In this document: in pieces, positions 1-9,182 of the stretch
How the letters are laid out: every line of letters begins with the position of its first letter
How positions within the stretch are numbered: position 1 is the stretch's first letter
Origin: a virus
Lineage: Duplodnaviria > Heunggongvirae > Uroviricota > Caudoviricetes
Virus record (IMG/VR): IMGVR_UViG_3300029705_000023
Coordinates: 109,563 to 173,562 of that record
Reading direction: 5' to 3' (one strand)
Length of the DNA stretch: 64,000 nt
Made by a program: the position numbers and the translations under genes
Notes under the pieces: model-generated
What the model was told of the DNA's origin: nothing
Database searches by the model: none
Seen by the model: the letters and a program-made list of their open reading frames with translations, nothing else

Positions 1-252
1 TGCATCCGGCTTCCGCGTCCCGCCGGTGAGACGGTCTCCCTCCCGGCGCACATTACGCCTCAACAGGTCGGGCTGGAGAGTTCCGTCTCCGTAGAAGCCG
101 ACACCCTTTTCGAACTTGAGAGTCAGTCCATACGTGTCAGCGAGGGTGACACTCTGATATGGATCCTGCGCCGTCCGGCTTCCGCCTCCTATGCTTCGGA
201 TGTTGGGCTGGTCCGTATGACAGGCATTTTGAATTCAGGAGATATTTCATGA
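1..252 (+). CDS. Hypothetical phage structural protein, C-terminal fragment (gene runs off left edge)
   Basis: Frame 1 is open from nt 1 to the TGA at 250-252. That stop overlaps the ATG (249-251) of the next gene as ATGA, a typical translational-coupling junction. Confidence 0.4.
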   Translation, partial: CIRLPRPAGETVSLPAHITPQQVGLESSVSVEADTLFELESQSIRVSEGDTLIWILRRPASASYASDVGLVRMTGILNSGDIS

Positions 253-1238
253 TAGGCTTATGGAATGTCAACTGGCTGAACCAGAACTCGCAGCGTTCCT
301 ACCCGCTCTCGGACGCAGGCGATAAATGCTCCAGCCTGAGTCCGGATGTCCGTATCCCGGATGACTTTCTTCTGGCGCTTCGGCTTTCGGTGCATACCGG
401 GCACGATGTCCGCCCGGAGAAGTTTTTTCTGAAGTCGCTGGTCGTTTCTCCTGCCGGATGCACAGTTGCTTTTGGTTATGACGACGGGACCGAGTTCGGT
501 CAGGATGCTGCGGTGTGCAGCCTTTCCGCTTCGGAAGAGATCCAGAACTGCCGCCTTTCCGGAGTAGGAAACTTCGAGGATGCCGTTGGCTATGCGGCAT
601 TTAACGGGCAGTGTCCTCTTCTGCGTTCTTTGTCCGGTTACTACTCTTTCTATCCAGCCTCTTCTTATGTCGAGCAGGATTGTGTCGTGCCGATGCTTCG
701 CGGGGTCTCTTCCGTGCGGGTCAGTGACGGGACTTCCGTTTCGGAGCGGTACTACGGCGACATTGAGATTGTTGAGGGGAGTAATGTGCAGATACTTACC
801 GAGCCGACTTCAGACGGCGCGAAGATCATCATTAACGCGCTGGATACTTCCGGATTCAGTACGACGGATGATAAAGACTGTATTTGCGATCTGAACAAAG
901 AAGATATTCCGATCACCAGTATCGGAGGCGCCTATCCGGGCGCGGACGGTTCGGTGAATTTTGTCGGTTCCGGCTGTCTGGCGATCACCGGCTCTGGAAA
1001 TACGCTGACCTTCTCGGACACCTGCGCGGAACCGGACTGCGGCTGTACGGAATTGGAATCGCTGGCGGCTTCCATAAAGGAGATGGAAGACGGCATTGCC
1101 GGACTGAACCGCTTTCTGGAATCGCTGTATGAAGTCCTCTTAAGTACCAACGCTGCGGTAACGAGCAGCAATAAAGGCGGCGGCTGTTCGACCACTTTGA
1201 CAGACCCCGCATCCCTTCCCGAGATCATACCCTACTGA
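249..1238 (+). CDS. Hypothetical tail/baseplate-associated protein (329 aa)
   Basis: The ORF-track ORF 159..1238 is trimmed to ATG 249, which has an AGGAG 8 nt upstream and an ATGA overlap with the upstream gene. The N-terminus (NWLNQNSQRSYP) shares a motif with the 108-aa protein at 24403..24729. Confidence 0.5.
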   Translation: MIGLWNVNWLNQNSQRSYPLSDAGDKCSSLSPDVRIPDDFLLALRLSVHTGHDVRPEKFFLKSLVVSPAGCTVAFGYDDGTEFGQDAAVCSLSASEEIQNCRLSGVGNFEDAVGYAAFNGQCPLLRSLSGYYSFYPASSYVEQDCVVPMLRGVSSVRVSDGTSVSERYYGDIEIVEGSNVQILTEPTSDGAKIIINALDTSGFSTTDDKDCICDLNKEDIPITSIGGAYPGADGSVNFVGSGCLAITGSGNTLTFSDTCAEPDCGCTELESLAASIKEMEDGIAGLNRFLESLYEVLLSTNAAVTSSNKGGGCSTTLTDPASLPEIIPY

Positions 1239-1263
1239 TCTGTTATTAATAGCGTAAGTTATA

Positions 1264-1290
1264 CCGCCGGCATATTCGGCGGTTTTTTAT
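1264..1290 (+). terminator. Rho-independent terminator after 249..1238
   Basis: Hairpin CCGCCG-gcatatt-CGGCGG followed by TTTTTTATT. Confidence 0.55.
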
Positions 1291-1382
1291 TATAAAATCA
1301 GATTCTCATCTGCCGACCTCTTGAAACTTTTGTTAAATGTATTATAATGATTATATATGTTTGAAAATAGTCGAGGTGTATC

Positions 1383-2657
1383 ATGCTTAAGTCGATTCGA
1401 CTGGAAAATGTGGGTCCGACGCCCGCGTTAGCACTGGAATTTGGCTCCAGATTAAATATATTTACAGGGGATAATGGGCTGGGGAAATCCTTCCTTTTGG
1501 ATATAGTATGGTTTACTCTGACCCGTTCCTGGCCGGCGGAAGTAAATCCGCGCATAACATCTGGCTTTCCGGCGAGGCTGCACACTCCAGGGGAGCCGGC
1601 AAAGATACATTTTTCAATGAAGTCGGATCGCATTCGCAGCGGAGAATACACTTATCGTGAAGATGCCTGGGTACCCAAGACCGGACGTCCTCATATGCCT
1701 GGACTGGTTGTCTATGCACACGTAGACGGTAGTTTCTCTGTATGGGATCCCATGAAAAATTACTGGCAGGATGACGACAGAGAGCGCAGGCTTCTGCGAA
1801 CGCGTGCCTTCGTTTTTTCCCCAAGAGACGTGTGGCAGGGGTTAGGTACCAAAACTGTACGATACTGTAATGGCCTGCTGCAGGACGTTTACGATTGGCA
1901 AAAAGACGCAGACTGGAAGATCAGCATTTTTAATGAGATTCTGGAGATCCTTTCTCCGGCGGACTGTATCTTGAGACTGGGGACTCCTGCGAAAATGTCC
2001 GTGATGGATACACGCAACATCCCCACACTCGTAATGCCGTATGGCGAGGTTTCCGTACAGCTGGCATCTGCGGGGATTCGACGAATTCTATCCTTGGCAT
2101 ATCTTCTGACGTGGACTTTGACGGAGCATGACAGGAACAGCAAACTTCTCGGAAAGGACCCAGTGAGACAGGTCACTTTTCTTATGGATGAAGTCGAAGC
2201 GCACTTACACCCGCAGTGGCAGAGAAAGATCCTGAATGGACTGCTGGCGGTCTCCGCAAAGACTCTCTCGTCTCCGCTTCAGATCCAATACTTTTTGGCT
2301 ACGCACTCTCCGCTGGTCATGACGTCCTTGGAACCCGTGTTCGACGCCGCAGCCGACAAGTGGTTTGATTTTGAATTAGGAGCAGATGGCGCAGTATACG
2401 TTACAGCAGAGACTTTTGAGAAAAAAGGGGACGCGAATCAGTGGCTTCAGAGTGAGGCGTTTGATCTGGATTCCACGTACTCACTTGAAACGTCTGCAGT
2501 CATGTCCCGTATGCGGGAATTGATCAACGCGCCTTTAGTAGACCCGTCCGCAGTCAAGGAGCAGTATCAGGAGCTTCTTCGCGTGCTGCCGGTAAACGAT
2601 ACGTTTCTACTTCGGCTTCAGGCTGTTTGTGCTGCGAAAGGAATTGCTTTGATATGA
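1383..2657 (+). CDS. ptuA: Septu PtuA-like ABC/SMC-type AAA_21 ATPase (424 aa)
   Basis: N-terminal Walker A GDNGLGKS. Walker B/D-loop LMDEVEAHLHPQWQ and H-loop LATHSP are present. GAGGTG RBS. Stop overlaps the start of the downstream HNH-like gene (ATGA). Confidence 0.6.
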   Translation: MLKSIRLENVGPTPALALEFGSRLNIFTGDNGLGKSFLLDIVWFTLTRSWPAEVNPRITSGFPARLHTPGEPAKIHFSMKSDRIRSGEYTYREDAWVPKTGRPHMPGLVVYAHVDGSFSVWDPMKNYWQDDDRERRLLRTRAFVFSPRDVWQGLGTKTVRYCNGLLQDVYDWQKDADWKISIFNEILEILSPADCILRLGTPAKMSVMDTRNIPTLVMPYGEVSVQLASAGIRRILSLAYLLTWTLTEHDRNSKLLGKDPVRQVTFLMDEVEAHLHPQWQRKILNGLLAVSAKTLSSPLQIQYFLATHSPLVMTSLEPVFDAAADKWFDFELGADGAVYVTAETFEKKGDANQWLQSEAFDLDSTYSLETSAVMSRMRELINAPLVDPSAVKEQYQELLRVLPVNDTFLLRLQAVCAAKGIALI

Positions 2658-3268
2658 TACCTGTACATCCCCAGCCGGAACCTGTTCATTTTGATACGGA
2701 AGTACGCAAGAAAGGAAGTTTGTGGCTGCTGGAAAATCCGGACGCAAAGTCCGAGAAATTGCCTCCGTACTGGCGGAAGGTCAACGAAGCGTTGTGGAGT
2801 GCGTACGGAGGGGTGTGTGCCTACCTCGCGGTATATTTTGAATTCGTGACCGGTGCCTCTACAACAGACCATTTTATCCCTAAGTCGGTAGAGCCGTCAT
2901 TGGCTTATGAGTGGAGTAATTACCGGCTATCCTCTTTGGGGGCAAACAGGCGAAAGGGTGTGTCTGTAATATTGGACCCGTTTGACCTGGAATCAGAATC
3001 CTTCTTTCTGGATATTCTGACGGGAGCAGTGTACCCCAATCCTGAAAAGGCACCGGACTATAAACATAGATGTGAGGAGACGATCCAGACATTAGGACTG
3101 AACGATGCGAGGTGCATCAGTATGCGGTTGGAACATATCCAACAGTATCTTACTTGCGTAGTCTCCGAGGCGTACCTTCAGGCAAAGTCGCCTTTTGTCT
3201 ATTACGAGCTTCGACGACAGCGGGTGGTACCTGTCGCCGCGGTACCTCCGGAAGTGTTTACATTATGA
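2654..3268 (+). CDS. ptuB: Septu PtuB-like HNH-family nuclease partner (204 aa; TIGR02646-like)
   Basis: Start ATG 2654 overlaps the ptuA stop. Motif CAYLAVYFEFVTGASTTDHFIPKS...WSNYRLSSLGANRRKG resembles the degenerate HNH family paired with AAA_21 ATPases. The 3' end overlaps the convergent baseplate gene by 6 nt. Confidence 0.5.
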   Translation: MIPVHPQPEPVHFDTEVRKKGSLWLLENPDAKSEKLPPYWRKVNEALWSAYGGVCAYLAVYFEFVTGASTTDHFIPKSVEPSLAYEWSNYRLSSLGANRRKGVSVILDPFDLESESFFLDILTGAVYPNPEKAPDYKHRCEETIQTLGLNDARCISMRLEHIQQYLTCVVSEAYLQAKSPFVYYELRRQRVVPVAAVPPEVFTL

Positions 3269-4786
3269 TTTAGTATTGTACTTTACCGTCACATTCCGCG
3301 TATAGAAGACGGTCGTGCGGGAAGTGATCCCTTGTTCCGGGACGTAGGGTACGGAGAGCTTTTGAGAGGCAGCGTCGCGGTAGTTTTGTCCGGCGGGTCC
3401 CCAGGTTTCTGAGGTAAGGTGGATGCTGTCGATCTGCTGTCCGTCCGCGAGCAAAGGATGAAGAACGCGAATGAGTTCTGAGGTCAAAATGTATCCCGTA
3501 AAGCCGGTGCTGTCGATGTAGTTGGCTGCCGCGTGCTGAAGTTCCTCTTCGTTTCCAGCGTCTTTGGACAGTTGAAGCGTGACGGAGACCCAACAAGGGT
3601 AGGCGGATCGAACAAGCGCGTCTTCCGAGACCGGCATCAGAGCGCGGTCGTCAAAGATCTCCTGCGCGGTATGGACGTCCTTCTGTCCGGCGAAGGTAAT
3701 ATCGAAAGTTTTTGTGTCACCGACGTTTCCGGTAAGTGCTTCATCTTCGGTCTGAAAGCGCAGGTGGAGGATCTGTCCGGCAGTGAATCCGATCCCGCCG
3801 ATGACCGTCTGTTCTGAGATCGGCCATGTGCGGTTTTCCAATGATGCCTGCACGGCTCGATAGCAGCCCGGACAGACTTCTGCAGGAACGGTGACTTCCC
3901 ACTGTTCCAGACCGTTTCGGATACCGGTAAACATGGCCGGCAAAGGTACTGTTTGATATTCCAGCGCCGTTTTGACGTAAAGGTCCGCTTTTCCGCCGAC
4001 GGAGACAGGGAAGATCGTAAGCTGATCCCGTGTCATCTCCTCATCGCCGAATCCGATCACGGACAGGCCGGTTAGTGTGTCGATCTTCTGTCGCAGCAGC
4101 GCGGCTATCTGGAACCGGTTTCCCCAGCAGGGGGTAGCCATTCCTTCTGCCAGACGGCTGATCATGGCGGTGTTGCTTTCCTCATCTCTTCCCGGTGTGA
4201 AGTCCTCTGCGGCCCACGCAGCCGTGACGGTTCCCAGATCAGTCAACAGCGTATCCCCTGCGGTAACAGGAGTCAGTATACCGGCGGTCTCTGCGGTCAC
4301 AGAGACATTGTACAAAAAAGTACCGTCTTTTGCCGGTGTCAGCCGCGGTGTCTGATTCGATGTTGTGCTGCACACGACGACTGCTTCATTGACACGGTAG
4401 GTATCCGTTCCGAAAGTGAAGCGGGTGTCGCTGGGGATCAGGATCGCCAGATCGCGCTCGAACTGGAGCGTTACGGTTCCGGCCGTGAACATGGACCCTT
4501 TGCGGGAGACATTGTAGTTGGAGAGGATCTTATCAACGACGCTCTCATCAGCCAGCGTCGGGTCCTGCGTTACGGCAAGCAGACTTTGAGCGGACTTGTA
4601 GCGGTCCAGTTCTGCGGAGGTCTTGGCTGACAGGATGGCGTGCAGGTAGAGCACGATGTCATGCAGTGCGCCTTTAGACACATCCAGCTCCGGCAGAGCC
4701 TCCTGCAGCAGCTGTGCCAGAAGCGTCTGTTTCTGTGCCACTGCTTCCGGAGTGAGTGTGTCCAGATTCTTCAGTTCGATACTCAT
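3263..4786 (-). CDS. Baseplate J-like (gp6/gpJ family) wedge protein (507 aa)
   Basis: N-terminal pattern (DVSKGALHDIVLYLHAILSAKTSAELDRYKSAQSLL...VSRKGSMFTAGTVTLQF) matches the baseplate-J consensus (Asp-x-x-x-Gly-Ser...variation...ATGTVTF). Stop overlaps the next gene start (ATGA). Confidence 0.5.
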   Translation of the reverse strand: MSIELKNLDTLTPEAVAQKQTLLAQLLQEALPELDVSKGALHDIVLYLHAILSAKTSAELDRYKSAQSLLAVTQDPTLADESVVDKILSNYNVSRKGSMFTAGTVTLQFERDLAILIPSDTRFTFGTDTYRVNEAVVVCSTTSNQTPRLTPAKDGTFLYNVSVTAETAGILTPVTAGDTLLTDLGTVTAAWAAEDFTPGRDEESNTAMISRLAEGMATPCWGNRFQIAALLRQKIDTLTGLSVIGFGDEEMTRDQLTIFPVSVGGKADLYVKTALEYQTVPLPAMFTGIRNGLEQWEVTVPAEVCPGCYRAVQASLENRTWPISEQTVIGGIGFTAGQILHLRFQTEDEALTGNVGDTKTFDITFAGQKDVHTAQEIFDDRALMPVSEDALVRSAYPCWVSVTLQLSKDAGNEEELQHAAANYIDSTGFTGYILTSELIRVLHPLLADGQQIDSIHLTSETWGPAGQNYRDAASQKLSVPYVPEQGITSRTTVFYTRNVTVKYNTKS

Positions 4787-5505
4787 ACTCGCTTGATCTC
4801 CAATCCGCTTTCTGTTGTGTTGATCTGTACTCTTGTCCCTGCTGCGGTTCCCGGACGCATTCCAAAGACCAGATGACCATAGGCATCTGAATGAACGTGG
4901 TTGATACTTTTCAGGCAGACCTGCGGTTCCAGTTCTCCTGCGCAGTTTGCTCTTTTATGAAGTACTTCTCCCATCATATCGATCCGGATCACATTGTTTC
5001 CCATATGCCGCAGGTAGAGCCCGTCCGCCCCGACCAGCCAGACATCGCCGTGCATGGAGTCCTGTCCGGTCCCCAGCGAGGATGCGCCAATGACGCGGGA
5101 AGGTGTGTTGCACCGGGCTGCAAAGGATGCGGCTTCAGGATAAAAGGTGTATTCTCCCGTCTCGATGGAGGCCAGCCAGTTGAGCCGTACCTTTTCCGAA
5201 ACGAGGCAGCCCATTCTTCTTTTGCGGTCATTCTGAAAGTAAAGCACATCCGGTATTGCCGTGCGGTCCAGTTCGCAGGAGGCGCTGTCAGCCTCCGACG
5301 TAACGGTCAGGACGATACGATTGTTCTGTACCTGGATCCTGGAAAGGTACGGCATTCCTTCCGGGAAACAAAGCCCCGCATCCAAAAAAATATTCTCCGG
5401 AATCACCAGCGTTCCGGTTACATCAGTCAGGGTCGCCGTATCCATGAACGGATACCGGGTCTTCTCATACTGGTCCCTGAATTCCTGAAAAATTACTCTT
5501 GGCAT
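4783..5505 (-). CDS. Hypothetical baseplate-associated protein (241 aa)
   Basis: Trimmed from ORF 4783..5676 to ATG 5505, which has GGAG 6 nt upstream. ATGA overlap with the baseplate J-like gene. Confidence 0.45.
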   Translation of the reverse strand: MPRVIFQEFRDQYEKTRYPFMDTATLTDVTGTLVIPENIFLDAGLCFPEGMPYLSRIQVQNNRIVLTVTSEADSASCELDRTAIPDVLYFQNDRKRRMGCLVSEKVRLNWLASIETGEYTFYPEAASFAARCNTPSRVIGASSLGTGQDSMHGDVWLVGADGLYLRHMGNNVIRIDMMGEVLHKRANCAGELEPQVCLKSINHVHSDAYGHLVFGMRPGTAAGTRVQINTTESGLEIKRV

Positions 5506-5602
5506 AAGATCTCCTTCAGGCTGCAGTATACGCAACTTTTTCCGCATCTCCAACTTTTGGACGAAAGGCTTTTCGGAGGTAGGATACGGCAAAGGAGAGC
5601 AT

Positions 5603-5983
5603 ATGAAAAACACATTCAGAATACGGGATGACCAGAGCATCTGGAACAAAAGCACGCTGGCGCACTTTCTGGACAATCGCCCGATCAGCTTTGGAGAGCC
5701 GTCTCAGGACGATCTTCCGGAAACGGTCGTACCGCTGGAACTTTTGCGCGGACTGACGGGGCAGCATCTTTCGATCGTGCGCATAAAGGATTCTGCCGAA
5801 ACGCAGGACCTCTTCGCATTTCTGCCTTTGCTGAAGCATCTGGTGCCGGCCGGAAAGCAGCTGATCGTGTTCCGGGAGCTGGAACCCTCGGAAGACCGGA
5901 CGGAGCTCTCCTTCTTTGAAACGGACTTCATTGCGGAAGTCCTTGATGCAGAAGACAGACTTTCAGGAGCGGTGCACGAATGA
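5603..5983 (+). CDS. Hypothetical protein (126 aa)
   Basis: AAGGAG RBS 6 nt upstream of ATG 5603. Stop TGA overlaps ATG of the next gene (ATGA). Confidence 0.5.
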   Translation: MKNTFRIRDDQSIWNKSTLAHFLDNRPISFGEPSQDDLPETVVPLELLRGLTGQHLSIVRIKDSAETQDLFAFLPLLKHLVPAGKQLIVFRELEPSEDRTELSFFETDFIAEVLDAEDRLSGAVHE

Positions 5984-7680
5984 TCGAACGCTGTATTAAA
6001 ACGAATCTCGGAAATAACCTGCTGAATATTGATGTGGTGGAGTACACCACGATGTTTCCGGGTGAGAGCAAGGCGGTCAACGTACCCAAAGGCGATTACC
6101 GGAATTTTGTAGGCGAGGATCTCTGTACACCGATCGAAGGCGTTACCGAGAGTATCGAGATCCCTGCCGTGCCGCGCGTGGATCCGATGGCTCCAACAGC
6201 CAGTACGATACCGATCCCGGAGGCAGTCATTGCTTCGATCCTTCCCTGCGAGCAGGAAGGCTATTATCCTTGCCCTGAGATCTACCTCTACAACACGCTT
6301 CTGGACCCGGAAGATGAGGGAGATCAGGAGACCTTTGAGAAGTACGCGGAGGATGATCAGGTCATTCCTGTGAAGTGGGAAACGGAGGATATTGAGCTGG
6401 AAGGGGAACTTCTGGTGAAGCTGGACGCGCAGTCTGTCTGCTGCTGTGAAGCTATCGAGAATGAGGATCCGGAGGACCATATCGATATGTTTCAGATCCA
6501 GGGCTGGCGTCCGGGAAGCGGCTGCGTTCGCCGAAGGGAATACAAACTGCGCGCGGTCCCGATCAATGAAACACCTTGCTACAGCGTGCATCAGCTGGTG
6601 CTGGACTGGGAAGACAAGATCTGCGGCAAGAAAGTGGATGAAGGCACGGAGCCGCTGATGCCGCCGGAGTTCCAGATCCAGCAGGAAGACTTGCAGAGTA
6701 AAGAGCTTTTCTCGACAGAGGAGCCTTTTTCTGTAATTTTGGGTCCTTTTACGAAGATCCTTGGAGACGGGACGGGCCAGGAGTCTACACTTACATTTCC
6801 GCATATGCAGTATACGATCGACTGCGGCAGAACGACAGTGGAAGAAGTCGGCTCCAGCTCCATTTCTCTGGGGAAGATCGACTACAGCCGGCTTATTAAC
6901 GTGCCGGAGCATTACGCGAAACCGATCGTAAACTCTCCCTGCGAGTGCTTCTACGCTTATGACATTTACTACGGCGCGGAAGCAGTTGGGCGAGTCATCA
7001 ATGAAAATCTGGAAGTTTATGCGGACGGCGAAGGCGGGTACCTGTGCCCTACGACAGGAATTTTACGGCTTACGAATGTGACGCAAACGGAAACTGGAGC
7101 TGTCTGTCCGACCGAGTACAACCTGGAGTTCCGCTGCGGAAGACTGGTATCCTGGGAACCGTATACTCAAGCACCGCCTACCGTACTGACGACGGAAACG
7201 GTCTCAAACGTTACGGCCTCGGACAATATCCTGACGCTTAAACGAGACGAACTGGAATTCTGCGGCGGCATCTATACCGACAAAAATCCGGCATCTGACA
7301 TCAAGGCCGTGTTCACCCTGGAAAAGGAAGAGGCGTCAGGAACTGAAAAAACGTTAGAGACAAGTATGGCGGGTGCCGGCGCGTTTGATTTAGATTGCGA
7401 GCTGTCGCTTACCTACACTGCGGAAGAGATCGAGATCCCGGTAGGCAGTCCTACGATAGAAGGCTGCACCTTAACCTGGGAGACCAGAACGCTGAAGGTG
7501 ATCACCGGTGTTGCTTTGAAGGCAGACGGTGTCGGCTTTGGTGAAAATGGAAATACTGTAAGGCTGACAGCTTCCGGCATACTTGCGGCGCACAAGCACA
7601 CGGTAGAACTGCCCGCGCAGGGTGAACACACGCACAAAATCGTGATCAACGTGCAGAAGGAGGAGCAGGAAAATGCCTGA
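5980..7680 (+). CDS. Hypothetical acidic, Cys-containing virion protein (566 aa)
   Basis: Long acidic ORF with Cys clusters (CCCEAIENE). Translationally coupled at both ends. The antisense ORF 5704..6912 is Arg-rich and judged spurious. Confidence 0.55.
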   Translation: MIERCIKTNLGNNLLNIDVVEYTTMFPGESKAVNVPKGDYRNFVGEDLCTPIEGVTESIEIPAVPRVDPMAPTASTIPIPEAVIASILPCEQEGYYPCPEIYLYNTLLDPEDEGDQETFEKYAEDDQVIPVKWETEDIELEGELLVKLDAQSVCCCEAIENEDPEDHIDMFQIQGWRPGSGCVRRREYKLRAVPINETPCYSVHQLVLDWEDKICGKKVDEGTEPLMPPEFQIQQEDLQSKELFSTEEPFSVILGPFTKILGDGTGQESTLTFPHMQYTIDCGRTTVEEVGSSSISLGKIDYSRLINVPEHYAKPIVNSPCECFYAYDIYYGAEAVGRVINENLEVYADGEGGYLCPTTGILRLTNVTQTETGAVCPTEYNLEFRCGRLVSWEPYTQAPPTVLTTETVSNVTASDNILTLKRDELEFCGGIYTDKNPASDIKAVFTLEKEEASGTEKTLETSMAGAGAFDLDCELSLTYTAEEIEIPVGSPTIEGCTLTWETRTLKVITGVALKADGVGFGENGNTVRLTASGILAAHKHTVELPAQGEHTHKIVINVQKEEQENA

Positions 7681-8140
7681 ACTGGATCTGCGGAATATCT
7701 GTCCTGAAGGAAACATCACCTTTAATGGAGAGGTGATCGACTGCGGGTGTGAAGAGCAGGAATGCTACAGCAGAGGAATGACGTGCGGCTGCTGCGGAAA
7801 TTTCTCGTACCTGGACAAGTCCGTGACTTGGTCGGATTTTACTGCTGGGCTGGTTTCCTGTCCCATTGAAGGCTGTGGGAAGACAACTAAAGGTCAACCC
7901 CCCGTTGCCCTGGACTGCTCCTCTCCGGCAGTCAGTGATGCGTACTCTACGTTTCATGAGTTTGGATCTGGTGTGTGTCGTGGACTGAACCGAAACTCCG
8001 GATACTATGAAATGTTCGACGATGCCTGCGAGGCCCTACAGCACTGTGACGCGGATACGATACTGGATTGGTGCGGGAACAGGCTCAGTGATGCGGACGT
8101 CGAGTGGTGCAGACGTCAAGCGATGCAGACAATAGAATGA
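7673..8140 (+). CDS. Cys-rich hypothetical protein (155 aa, 15 Cys)
   Basis: ATG 7673 overlaps the upstream stop by 8 nt. Many CxC/CxxC motifs. Confidence 0.5.
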   Translation: MPELDLRNICPEGNITFNGEVIDCGCEEQECYSRGMTCGCCGNFSYLDKSVTWSDFTAGLVSCPIEGCGKTTKGQPPVALDCSSPAVSDAYSTFHEFGSGVCRGLNRNSGYYEMFDDACEALQHCDADTILDWCGNRLSDADVEWCRRQAMQTIE

Positions 8141-8146
8141 GGGTCT

Positions 8147-8506
8147 ATGAATTGTAATTTTCAACAGCGGGATGAAAAGTATGCGGTCTGCACTGCCTGC
8201 GGCAGAAAGATCCGCGCTCATTTGGTGGGTCACGTCGCGGTAAAATGCCGCGGTACATCGAAACCTTCTCTCTTAAATCAGGCGGCGAACTACGCGAAAG
8301 CGGTCACGCAGCATGTTTTAACAGGAAGTCAGACAAGGACAGACGAGGAAGTCTCCGAGCTGATGCAGCTGTGTGAGTCCTGTGAACACTATGACCAGCA
8401 GATCGGACGGTGCGGCGTCTGCGGCTGCCGGTGCAATAAAAGCAAAAGCGCGTGGCTCAACAAGCTGAGAATGGCTTCCCAGCATTGCCCGAAAGGAAAA
8501 TGGTAA
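8147..8506 (+). CDS. Cys-rich zinc-ribbon-like protein (119 aa)
   Basis: GAGGG RBS. Motifs CTACGRK...CESCEHY...CGVCGCRC. Confidence 0.45.
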   Translation: MNCNFQQRDEKYAVCTACGRKIRAHLVGHVAVKCRGTSKPSLLNQAANYAKAVTQHVLTGSQTRTDEEVSELMQLCESCEHYDQQIGRCGVCGCRCNKSKSAWLNKLRMASQHCPKGKW

Positions 8507-9180
8507 TGACAGATAAATGTGTGAAAAACCCGACTTCGGTCGAAGAACTTTTTTCGGCGTGGGATGCTCCGGAGGATATGACTTCCCGCTGGGAGTGCCC
8601 GGATACCCGCTGGCAAAGTTCTCCCAGTGCTCTCACAGACCTGATCGCACAGATCTTACAGCAATACTTTTCGGATCCGCTTAACTTCACGAATGATGAG
8701 CTTCGTGCCCTGATCCAGTCGCAGAAGCCCTTTGTGACGCAGATGACGCACATCGATCCGAAGAATGCCGGACAGCTTCCAAAGATCGCGGTGGAGTTCA
8801 CCGGTTCTCAGCAGGATGAACGACGATTTGGTCGTGATAATCAGATAGACTATAATATCCGCAACAGTACTGGAACCTTCTTTACCGTCTGGCGTGTTCA
8901 GCTGCGCGTTGACATCATTGCTAAAAACAAACGGGAGGCGATCCTGTTGGGTGAGTCCGTCTGTCGGCTGTTCAACCATCATCGGACGACTGTCATGCAG
9001 ATGCTCGCAGCGTATGATCTTGTTATTTCCCAGTTCCAGGGAGCTCAGGTTCTGGGAGAGGACGCAGCCAACGGTTTCCAGACCAGTCTTGGTCTGGTGA
9101 TCACCGCGCCGGATAAATGGTATCTCTCAGAAGCAGCTCCAAGACTCAAACGTATCAGTAACTCTATATATAGGGAATAA
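8500..9180 (+). CDS. Hypothetical sheath-proximal protein (227 aa)
   Basis: Trimmed from ORF 8452..9180. ATG 8500 and ATG 8506 both follow AAAGGAAAA and overlap the upstream stop, so the start is ambiguous. Ends 2 nt before the sheath gene. Confidence 0.45.
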   Translation: MVMTDKCVKNPTSVEELFSAWDAPEDMTSRWECPDTRWQSSPSALTDLIAQILQQYFSDPLNFTNDELRALIQSQKPFVTQMTHIDPKNAGQLPKIAVEFTGSQQDERRFGRDNQIDYNIRNSTGTFFTVWRVQLRVDIIAKNKREAILLGESVCRLFNHHRTTVMQMLAAYDLVISQFQGAQVLGEDAANGFQTSLGLVITAPDKWYLSEAAPRLKRISNSIYRE

Positions 9181-9182
9181 TT

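Noticed and set aside
5704-6912. 402-aa minus-strand ORF antisense to the 566-aa gene
   Set aside because: Arg/Leu-rich shadow-ORF composition typical of the antisense frame of a GC-rich coding region. The plus-strand gene has coupled starts and stops with its neighbours.
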